Below the pieces are notes generated by a model. The model was given only the letters and a program-made list of their open reading frames with translations. It was not told the DNA's origin and ran no database searches. Below, piece after piece: positions 1-11,163 of a DNA stretch of 64,000 nt (position 1 is its first letter; the number at the start of each line of letters is the position of its first letter). Source of the DNA: Anaeramoeba ignava BMAN (Eukaryota; Protista; Anaeramoebae); NCBI GenBank assembly GCA_028826165.1, contig JAPDFW010000022.1, positions 372,001 to 436,000 on the forward strand. The letters run 5' to 3'. Both the position numbers and the translations under genes were made by a program.

Positions 1-3000
1 AATTTATTATTTTCAATAAATTGATTATTTTCATTATTTTCAATAAATTGATTATTTTTATTATTTTGATTATTTTGATTATTTTCAATAAATTGATTAT
101 TTTGATTATTTTCATTATTTTGATTAAATTGATTATTTTGATTATTTTTATTATTTTGATTAAATCTTAATTGAAGTCGAGAAATTAGATTTAAAGGAAT
201 TTTTAAATTTGTTTCTAATTTTTGATTATTTTGATTATTATTTTGATTATTATTTTGATTATTATTAAATTGAATATTTTTGAATTGATAATTTTGCTTT
301 TCTTTAAATTTATTATTTTGGTTTAATTTTAAAGGAAATCGAGAAAGTAAATTTAAAGGTATTTTTAAATTTTTTTGTAATTTTGGGTTATTATTATTTT
401 GATGATTATTTTGAATATTATTTTGAATATTATTTTGAATATTATTTTGATTATTATTTTGGTTATTATTTTTATTTTGATTATTATTTTGAATATTATT
501 TTGAATATTATTTTGAATATTATTATTTTGATTATTTTGAATATTATTTTGATTATTATTTTGATTATTTTGATTATTATTTTGATTATTATTTTGATTA
601 TTATTATTTTGGTTATTATTTTTATTTTGATTATTATTTTGAATATTATTTTTGATTATTTTGAATATTGATTTTGATTATTATTTTGGTTATTATTTTG
701 ATTATTTTGAATATTATTTTGAATATTATTTTGAATATTATTTTGAATATTATTTTGAATATTATTATTTTGATTATTTTGAATATTATTTTGAATATTA
801 TTTTGAATATTATTTTGAATATTATTTTGATTATTATTTTGATTATTATTTTTTTGGTTATTTTTTTGATTTAATTTTAAAGAAGATTGAGAAAGTAAAT
901 TTAAAGGTAATTTTGTATTATTTTGATTATTGTTATCATCTCTGTTAAATTGAATATTTTTAAATTGGCTATATTGATTAAATTGAATAGTTTTAACTGG
1001 AATAGATTGGTTGGATTGAGTATTTTGGAATTGATTGAATTGATTGAATTGATTAAATTGAATAGTTTTAACTGGAATAGATTTATTTTCATTATTTTCA
1101 TTATTTTGATTATTTTGATTTAATTTTAATGGAGATTTAGAAATGAAATTTAAAGATATTTTTGGATTTGTTTGTAATTTTTGGTTATTTTGATTATTAA
1201 ATTTTTTTTGTTTTATTTTGAATATCTCTAAATTCATTATTTTTGTCAAGATTTCGGTTTGTTTTATAAATATTTGGATCAAAAGTAAATAACTTAAAAT
1301 CATATTGATCAACAAAATTGATATCTTTTTTTCCATTTATATCATTTTGTAAATTATTTTTAAATCATTTTTAAATCATTTTGTAAATCATTTTTTAAAT
1401 CATTTTGTAAATTATTTTGTAAATTATTTTGTAAATCATTTTGTAAATCATTTTGTAAATTATTTTGTAAATCATTTTGTAAATCATTTTGTAAATTATT
1501 TTGTAAATTATTTTGTAAATCATTTTGTAAATTGTTTTGTAAATTATTTTTTAAATTATTTTGTAAATTGTTTTGTAAATCATTTTTTAAATTATTTTGT
1601 AAATTGTTTTGTAAATTGTTTTGTAAATCATTTTGTAAATCATTTTGTAAATTATTTTTTAAATTATTTTGTAAATCATTTTGTAAATCATTTTGTAAAT
1701 TATTTTGTAAATTATTTTGTAAATTATTTTGTAAATTATTTTTTAAATTATTTTTTAAATCAGTTTGTAAATTGTTTTTTAAATTATTTTGTAAATTGTT
1801 TTGTAAATTATTTTGTAAATTATTTTGTAAATTGTTTTGTAAATTATTTTGTAAATTATTTTGTAAATTATTTTGTAAATCATTTTGTAAATTATTTTGT
1901 AAATTATTTTGTAAATCATTTTGTAAATTATTTTGTATATTATTTTTTAAATCATTTTTTAAATCATTTTTTAAATTATTTTGTAAATTATTTTGTAAAT
2001 TGTTTTGTAAATCATTTTGTAAATCATTTTGTAAATCATTTTGTAAATTATTTTGTAAATTATTTTGTAAATTATTTTGTAAATTATTTTGTAAATTGTT
2101 TTGTAAATCATTTTGTAAATTGTTTTGTAAATTATTTTTTAAATCATTTTGTAAATTGTTTTGTAAATTGTTTTGTAAATTATTTTGTAAATTATTTTGT
2201 AAATTATTTTGTAAATCATTTTGTAAATTGTTTTGTAAATTATTTTGTAAATTATTTTGTAAATTATTTTGTAAATTATTTTTTAAATCAGTTTGTAAAT
2301 TGTTTTGTAAATTATTTTGTAAATCATTTTGTAAATCATTTTGTAAATTATTTTTTAAATTATTTTTTAAATCATTTTGTAAATTATTTTGTAAATTATT
2401 TTGTAAATTATTTTGTAAATCATTTTTTAAATCATTTTGTAAATTGTTTTTTAAATTATTTTGTAAATTGTTTTGTAAATCATTTTGTAAATTATTTTGT
2501 AAATCATTTTGTAAATTATTTTTTAAATTATTTTGTAAATTATTTTGTAAATTGTTTTGTAAATCATTTTGTAAATTATTTTGTAAATTGTTTTGTAAAT
2601 TGTTTTGTAAATCATTTTGTAAATCATTTTTTAAATTATTTTGTAAATTGTTTTGTAAATCATTTTGTAAATTATTTTGTAAATTATTTTTTAAATTATT
2701 TTGTAAATTATTTTGTAAATTATTTTGTAAATCATTTTGTAAATCATTTTGTAAATCATTTTGTAAATTATTTTTTAAATTGTTTTGTAAATCATTTTTT
2801 AAATCATTTTTTAAATTATTTTGTAAATCATTTTTTAAATTATTTTGTAAATTGTTTTGTAAATTATTTTGTAAATTATTTTTTAAATCATTTTGTAAAT
2901 TGTTTTGTAAATCATTTTGTAAATTGTTTTGTAAATTGTTTTGTAAATTATTTTTTAAATTATTTTGTAAATTATTTTGTAAATTATTTTTTAAATTATT

Positions 3001-3507
3001 TTGTAAATCATTTTGTAAATCATTTTGTAAATTATTTTGTAAATCATTTTGTAAATTATTTTGTAAATTATTTTGTAAATTATTTTGTAAATCATTTTGT
3101 AAATCATTTTGTAAATTATTTTGTAAATTATTTTGTAAATTATTTTGTAAATTGTTTTGTAAATTGTTTTGTAAATTGGTTTTTTTTTCATTCTCTAAAA
3201 ATAAAAGAGTAGAAAATTCTTTTTCTTGATTAAAATCGTTAAAATCTTCAAAACTTTCATCTTTAAATATTGGAATTTCATTTAAAAATTGTGATTGTTC
3301 AAAATTTATTTCTGAATGATTTTGAGAATTATATTCAGAAAAATAAGGAGATGAATCAAAGTTTTCAAGATTATTTATTTCTTGAATTTTCTTTTCAGAA
3401 TTTTGTAAATTTTTATTTGAAATATTGGTTGTATTTTTCAAATTTGAATGTAAATTATTTTTATTTTCATTTTGATTTTTTGAAAAATTATTATTTTTAA
3501 AATTCAT
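1..3507 (-). CDS. Low-complexity N/Q-rich repeat protein (about 150 x NNLQ/NDLQ/NNLK, then NNIQ tracts and a 4x repeated motif); runs off the left edge; apparent frameshifts near 1365, 1205 and 655
   Basis: ORF 1360..3585 has a unique acidic N-terminus from the ATG at 3507 (MNFKNNNF...ENFDSSPYFSEY). The reading continues in alternating frames (NNLQNDINGKKDINFVDQYDFKLFTFDPNIY..., then the distal part of ORF 656..1336). Confidence 0.55.
1345..3177. repeat. 12-bp coding tandem array (TTGTAAATTATT variants), about 150 units
   Basis: Direct reading; encodes NNLQ/NDLQ/NNLK on the minus strand. Confidence 0.95.
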
Positions 3508-3547
3508 TTTGAAAAAAATGAAAAATAATTTTTTAAATTTTAATTTT

Positions 3548-3594
3548 TTAATTTTCATTTTTTTCATTTTTTTCATTTTTTTCATTTTTTTTTA
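3548..3594 (+). promoter_or_regulatory. Tandem TTTTTTCATTT initiator-like elements upstream of XPO1, in an 87-bp divergent spacer
   Basis: Four copies of T-run/TCA/T-run end just before ATG 3595; the same motif precedes most genes in the window. Confidence 0.5.
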
Positions 3595-6500
3595 ATGGAA
3601 AAAGAATTATTAGATTTTACACAAGAAACATTTAATGTTGATGTATTTGATCAAGTAGTGCAAAAATTTTATTATGGAAATGATGAAGAAGTAAAAAAAT
3701 AAAAAAAAAATTTTTAATATAAAAATTTAATTTATAAAATCAAAAAAAAAAAATATTTATATTTCAATTTAAAGAGAGAAATTGCACAAACAATATTAAC
3801 ACAATTTCAAGAACATCCTGAATCATGGAGAAGAGTTGATGTGATAATTGAATTTAGTCAAAATAATAACTCAAAATTTTTAGCTTTACAAATTCTTGAA
3901 AGAACTATTAAATATCGATGGAAATCTCTTCCTCAAGAACAACAAAATGGAATTAGAGATTATATTTTAAGAACTATCTTTACTTTATCTGAAGATCCAC
4001 AAATTTTTTATTCAAATAAAATTGTTGTTTCAAAACTTAATCAAAATTTAATTGAGGTCAAAATCTAAATCTAAATCTAAATCTAAATCTAAATCTAAAT
4101 ATAAATATAAATATAAATATAAATATTAATATAAATATAAATATAAATATAAATATAAATATAAATATAAATATAAATATAAATATAAATATAAATATAA
4201 ATATAAATATAAATATAAATATAAATATAAATATAAATATAAATATAAATATAAAATATAAATATAAATATAAATATAAATAAAAATAAAAATAAATATA
4301 AATATAAAATATAAATGCGTTCAAATATAAATATAAATATAAATATAAAAATATAAAATATAAATATAAAAATATAAATATAAAATAAAATATAAAATAT
4401 AAATATAAAATAAATATAAAATATAAATATAAATATAAATAAATATAAATATAAATATAAATATAAATATAAATATAAATATAAATATAAATATAAATAT
4501 AAATATAAATATAAATATAAATATAAATATAAATATAAATATAAATATAAATATAAATATAAATATAAATATAAATATAAATATAAATATAAATATCAAA
4601 ATCTAATTCAAATTCAATTTTTTAGATTGTTAAACAAGATTGGCCAAAAAATTGGTCAACATTTGTTCAAGATATGATTAAAGCTGGTCAAAATAGTCTT
4701 TCAAGTTGTGAAAATGTTATGTCAATATTTAAATTATTAAGTCAAGAAGTTTTTGATTTCCATCAAGATCAACTTACTACATCAAAAACAACAGAACTTA
4801 AAAATACTTTCCATGATGAAATTTCTAATATTTTTGAATTTTGTCAATATGTCCTTGAAGGAGGTGATGACAATTCATTATTAAATGTACTTTAAAAACA
4901 ATATCCAATAAAATTAAAATTAAAATTAAAATTAAAATTAAAATTCATTTATAAAATTAAAATTAATATTAAAATTCATTTATAAAATTAAAATTAATAT
5001 TAAAAGGCAACTCTTAGTACTTTTTTATCACTTTTAAATTGGATTCCTTTAGGATATGTTTTTCAAACCAAAATTATCACAATTTTAACAACTAAAGTAA
5101 ATTAAAATTAATTTAGAATCATTTCAAAAAAAAATTAATTTAAATTCATTTCAAAAAAAAAAATTAATTTAAATCATTTCAAAAAAAAAAATTAATTTAA
5201 ATCATTTCAAAAAAAATTTTTTTTAAAAAAGTTATTATCAAATCCAGAAACTTTGGATTTAACTCTTCAATGTTTAACTGAGATTTGTACTCTTAAAACT
5301 GAAGTTTCTTTTGATGAAGAATTTATTAATTTATACGTTTCATCAATGAAATCATTATCTCAACATATTCAATCAACTTCTAAATTTATTGAAATTTATG
5401 AAGATGGAACAGAAAAAGATCGATCTGTTTTAAAAAGTCTTTCAAATTTTCTTGCAAATTTTTTGAAAAACCACATTAAAAAATTAGAAAAAGTAAAACA
5501 AGTTACCAAAAAGGAAATTTATGAATCTTTATACATTTTAATTGGACTTTCAGAAATATATGATATGGATCTATTTCAAAATTGTTTGGATTATTGGAAT
5601 TCTTTTGCAAGTGATTTATTTCACGAGACTCTATCACTTCCTTTTTCAAGAACAGCCATTTTAGTCACAATATCAAATGTTTCGTATTTAACATATCCAA
5701 TGAATTATCCAACAAAAGAAAAACCAAAAAGAGTTATTTTTTATCAACCAATTATCTCAAAATTACGGCATGTTTTAATTTCCAAAATGGTAAAACCCGA
5801 GGAAGTTTTGATTGTTGAAGATGATAATGGAGAATTAATTAGAGAATACACAAAAGATACAGATGCCATTGAATTATACAAATCAATGAGACAAACATTA
5901 GTTCTCTTAACACATTTGAATTACAAAGAAACTCAATCTGTTTTATATGAAAAACTCAAAAGCATAAATCCTTATAATTTCTCATGGGGTGATCTTAATA
6001 CAATTTGTTGGGCAATCGGCTCCATTTCGGGTGCTTTAACAATCGAAATGGAAAAGGAATTCTTAATCAATGTGATTCATGTTTTGTTGGAATTTTGCGC
6101 AAAAACAGAAGGAAAAGATAATAAAGCTGTGGCAACAAGCAATATAATGTATATTGTTGGTCAATATCCAAGATTTTTACGAACAAATTGGCATTTCTTA
6201 CAAACTGTTGTCGCAAAATTGTTTGAATTTATGCATGAACCTCATCCAGGAATCAAAGATATGTCTTTGCATCATGACCAGAAAGTTATCATAAGAATTA
6301 ATAATTCTCATATTGTTGTTGATTCTATTGGAAATATTATTGATAAATTAATGAATCAAAACGAAAATATTCAAAAATTTGGAGATTCTTCGGTTCTTTT
6401 CCCAAATCAAAAATTCCAAATTTTAACTGTTAGTCAAAATGAAAAGGTGGATTGGAAACCTATTACAACCTTTTCTCGCCATAAAACTTCTCAAAAATTA

Positions 6501-9500
6501 ATAAAAGTTTCAACAAAAACAAGAAGATCAACAATTGCTACAAAAAATCACTCTTTTTTACTTCGCGATAAATCTTCTTTGAAACCAATTTTAGGAAGCA
6601 ATTTAAAAGTAAATATTGATAGAATTCCTCTTTTGAAAAAATTAATGATTCCTAATTCTCATTTGATAAAACATATCGATCTTAATACAAATACTAATAC
6701 TAATACAAATACAAATACAAATATTATTGAACTTGATTTTCCTCTTGGGTTTTTATTTGGAGCTCATTTTAATATTGGAATAATTGAAGAAAATAAAAAT
6801 TCCTTAATTTATCAATCTCAACAAAACCCAAATTTACTTAAATATTTACAATTACTAATTCAACTCAAATTTAATATTCCAAATTTATCAACAAATAACT
6901 CTTCAACTTCACTGAAAATATTATTCAAACCTTTGATCAATTTTATTGATCATTTCTCCTCTAAATTTTTCAATTCAATTGACGAGAATAATATTATAAA
7001 TCAGAAAGTAAAATATCCATCATCTTTATTCTCTTTACTGTTATTTTCTCCTTTGAACTTTTTATCAGGGTTTTTCAGTGGATTTTATCATTCAAATCAA
7101 AACCAAAAATTTGAAATTGAAAGAAATGAAATTGAAAATGAATCTTTTGATTTTTCTGAAATGCTTCAAATCGTTCTCACTCGTTTTAATATTTTATCTC
7201 AAATTGAAACAAATTCTCAATTTTCACACAAAAATTATTTTGTTTTGAAAATGATTGGAAAAAATTCAATAAGATTTTTGGAAATGATCAAATTAAATCA
7301 TTTTGTAGATAATGATTTTGAATATACAAATTATATAAATGATTTGATTGATTCCAAAATAGAAGCAATTTCTAAACAAAACTTACAAAAAGAAATTGAA
7401 ATTTACAATCAAATACCATTCAATAATGAATCAGAAATTGCACCTTCATTTTATCTCAAATCAAATAAAAAAGAAACCAATTCTTTTGGTTCCTCATTAG
7501 AATCAATCCATTCAACAAATGAAATAAAATCTAAATTGATTGAAATGGAAAAAGAATTGGAACAAATTTCACAAGTATCAAAAAATATTTCGAATCGTTT
7601 AGAAAATATAAAGAAAAATGAAGATGCAATTAAAAACAAAAATAAAAACAAAAATTGGGAAATTGATGAAATTGAAAAAGAATGCAAACAAACGGAAGAA
7701 TATTTGATTGAAAAAATCAGAGAATTGAAGCAAGCATTAAAGGCAGATGTTTTTTATGATCTGATAACAGATATACAAGAAGTATCACTTGGAGATGGAG
7801 AATATGTTTATGATTTTAGTGTAGAAAGCAACGAAACATTCATGTTATTTAATACAATATTTGTTCACAATTCTTGTGATACTTTTTTAAAAATTGCAAC
7901 AAAATGCAAAAAACAATTTGCACTCAAACAAGATCCAGATTCTGTTCCATATATTTTTGAAATCATATCACAACTCAATTCAATAACATCGGATCTTGAG
8001 AATCAACAAGTTCTTATATTTTATGAAGCATTAGGAATAATTATTTCTGCTACAAAAGTAAAAGATCGAGAAAAACTTGTTGAAAAATTAATGAATCATC
8101 ACAATACTTCTTGGTCACAATTACTTTCATTATCAAAAAGTGATGAAAACTCGCTGAACAACATTCAGATATGCAAAGATTTGGTTTACATTTTGAGAGC
8201 TAATGTGCGAATTGCATCCACAGTTGCAGATTTTTTTATCCAACAGTTCAATTTCATTTATGAAGACGCATTGTTTCTTTATAAAACGTTTTCTGTTTTG
8301 ATCAAGAAAATAATATCATCAGAAGGAACTCAAATTGTGAAAAGTAGCCAAATAAGAAACATGAAGGCTGTTAAAAAAGAAATTATCATTTTGATTCAAA
8401 CTTTTTTCCAAAAATATAAAGATCCTCAACCTTTAATGGAAGAATATTTTCCTCAATTATTTGAAGTTATTTTTGATGATTATAAGAACAATTTTCCTGA
8501 AGCAAGAATTCCAGAGGTTTTATATTTTTTGTCTATTGTTGTTTTGAAACTCCAAACTCAAATATCAAGTTATATTCCTTCCATTTTTGAATCAACATTT
8601 GAATGCACATTAGAAATGATTTCATCAAATTTTGAAGATTTTCCTGATTTTAGATTTAATTTTTATAAGTTACTTGAATCAATTAATAAGTTTTCTTTTG
8701 ATTCTTTATTCATGTTGACTTCACAAAATTTTAAGGTTATTGTTGATAGTATTATTTGGGCTTTTAAACATACAGAAAGAAATATATCCGAAACTGGATT
8801 ATCTATTTTATTAGATTTATTTCGTAATGTTTTATTACGTGATGAAATTTTGAATGATTTTTTCCAAACATTTTATCTATCACTTCTTCAAGAAATATTT
8901 ATTATTTTAACCGATAGTTTTCATAAAACAGGTAAATAATTTTAATTTTAATTTTTATCCGATTTTTAATAATAATTTTAATTTTTAATTTTAATTTTAA
9001 TTTTAATTTTAATTTTTTAAATGAATTTTAATTTTAATTTTAATTTTTTATCCGATTTTTAATTTTAATTTTAATTTTAAATTTAATTTTAATTTTTTAA
9101 TTTTAATTTTAATAATTTTAATTTTAATTTTAATTTTAATTTTAATTTTAATTTTAATTTTAATTTTAATTTTAAATAGGATTTTAAATTTTAATTTAGC
9201 ACAATTTTTTTCAATCAATGATCAAATTTTGAATTTTAATTTTAATTTTAATTTTATTTGATATTTTAATTTTAATTTTAAAATCAATTTTAATTTTAAT
9301 TTTATTAGAAATGATTTCAACAATGTTTCCAAATTTAAATCAATCACAAATAGAAATTTTTATAACTGGAATGTTTGAGTTTCATAAAGATTTACAAAAC
9401 TTTAAAAATCATTTAAGAGATTTTTTAATTCAAACAAAAGAATTTACAGGTCAAGATAATACTGATTTATTTGAAGAAGAAAAACAACTTCAAAAACAAC

Positions 9501-9640
9501 AAGATTTCGAAAGAAGAAAACAAATTCCTGGTTTAATTAATCCTTATGAACAAAATGATGATGAAGATAATGAAGATGATATGAATAATGATAATATTAT
9601 TACTAATCAAGATGATTCATTTAATATGAATCAAAATTGA
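3595..9640 (+). CDS. XPO1: Exportin-1 (CRM1), intein-containing. Exons 3595-3690, 3775-4056, 4626-4886, 5007-5096, 5232-8931, an unresolved segment near 9180-9230, and 9309-9640
   Basis: Spliced translation gives CRM1 hallmarks: [47 protein letters not shown] (acidic loop), [99 protein letters not shown]. The resolved introns are GT-AG and frame-preserving. Confidence 0.97.
4064..4596. repeat. (ATCTAA)n/(ATATAA)n hexamer array in XPO1 intron 2
   Basis: Direct reading; intron 4057-4625 is GT..AG. Confidence 0.9.
6264..7871 (+). mobile_element. Intein (536 aa) with degenerate LAGLIDADG homing-endonuclease region, inside exportin-1
   Basis: Interrupts the conserved CRM1 motif DM(A)CDTF as DM|[10 protein letters not shown]...IFVHN|SCDTF. 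Block A starts with Ser; block [11 protein letters not shown] (TxxH); block [14 protein letters not shown]; block G VHN followed by +1 Ser. Decayed endonuclease motifs: [35 protein letters not shown]. Confidence 0.96.
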
Positions 9641-9693
9641 ACAAAAATTTTTTTTTCATTTTTTTCATTTTTTTCTTTTCATTTTTTTTCTTA

Positions 9694-11070
9694 ATGAGAA
9701 TCTTAAATATTCAATTTCTTTTCTTTGTTTTTCTTTTTCTTTTTCTTTTAAATAAATCAAAAAGTCAAACAAATTCTTTTTTCAAAGAAGTTTCAAATTT
9801 TAATACAATTCGAGACAATTCAGAATTCACAAAAAAACAAATCAAGGGTTTTTAATATTAATTTAAATATTAATTTTGTATTAATTTAAATTTTAATTTA
9901 ATTTATTTTATGAATTTTAATAATTTAAAATTTTTAATTTTTTTTTGATTTTGATTTTAAATAAATCAAAAAGTTTTTATTTTTTTTTTGTTTTTAATAC
10001 AATTAATTTTCAAGGGTTTTTAATTTTAATTTTTTAATTTTTAATTTTTTTATAAATGAATTTTTAATTTAAATTTTAAATTTTAATTTTAATTTAATAT
10101 TAATTTAATAATTTTAATTTAATTTTAATATTAATATTAATTTTGATTTTAATTTTAATTTTAATTTTAATTTTTATTTTTAAATTTTATAAATAGATCT
10201 CTTTTTAAAAAATTTTTTGATGAAAAAGATGAAACAACAAAATTCATTTCAGAAAGTTCAAAAGTAGATTTTATTGCTGAAAAAAATCAATTATCAATCA
10301 TTTTCAAAAAAATTATAAAAGCAACAGATTTAGAAAAATATTTTGAATATTCAACCAAATTTTCAATGAAATTTATTGATTCAAATGAAAAAGTTAAAAT
10401 GATTCCAAAAATATTAAAAAATTCAAAAGAAGAAATTATGAAAATTAAAGAAGGAAAATACTCATCAATTTTATATCAAAATTTATGGCCTGGAATACAT
10501 TTAAAACTAAGAAAAACATTAACAAGTATTAAATTTATATATTATCTTGATCCAGGTTCAAATCCATTTGATATTATGGTAAAATATGAAGGAGTTCAAA
10601 CTATAAAACTTGAAAAAGGAGAAATTAACATATATACAGATTCAGGAATATTAAAAGAATCTCATCCTGTTTCTTGGCAATTGATTCCAAAAGATGAAAA
10701 TTTAAATCAAAATTTAGATGAAAATTTAAATCAAAATTTAAATCAAAATTTAAATCAAAATTTAAATCAAAATTTAAATGAAAATTTAAATCAAAATTTA
10801 AATCATTCACTTATAAATCAATCAATTGCAAATCATTCAATTGAGAATTATAAAAATAAGAATAAAAATAAAATTATTTATAAGAAACGTTATATTCCTA
10901 TTGAATATAAAGATCGTGATGATAATTCAATTGGTTATCAAATTCTTGATAAAAAACAAAAATTTTCATGGGAAAATTCTAAAAAAAATGAAGAAAAAAA
11001 AAGGAAATATTTTGATTATGATCCTTCTTTAAGAACAATTATTGATCCACTTTTGATTTTTGAACAATAA
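9694..11070 (+). CDS. Secreted protein with a domain resembling the N-terminal region of prokaryotic SBBP beta-propeller/cell-surface proteins; exons about 9694-9847 and 10197-11070 (junction phase off by 1 nt)
   Basis: Signal peptide MRILNIQFLFFVFLFLFLL; motifs YQNLWPGIHL, YYLDPGSNPFDIMVKYEG, GEINIYTDSG-ESHPVSWQ, YDPSLRTIIDPLL match my recollection of that family. Confidence 0.6.
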
Positions 11071-11163
11071 AAAAAAAATCAAATTAAAAAAATATTTTTT
11101 TCATTTTTTTCATTTTTTTCATTTTTTTCATTTTTTTTATTTTAATTAGAAAAATTTAAATCA

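Noticed and set aside
1532-3229. 565-aa FCKL-repeat ORF on the plus strand
   Set aside because: Antisense shadow of the NNLQ array; only the minus strand has a unique N-terminus.
6264-7871. Spliceosomal or self-splicing intron, or hedgehog-type Hint domain
   Set aside because: No GT-AG ends, fully in frame, internal to a conserved host motif, with a complete HN|S C-terminal junction.
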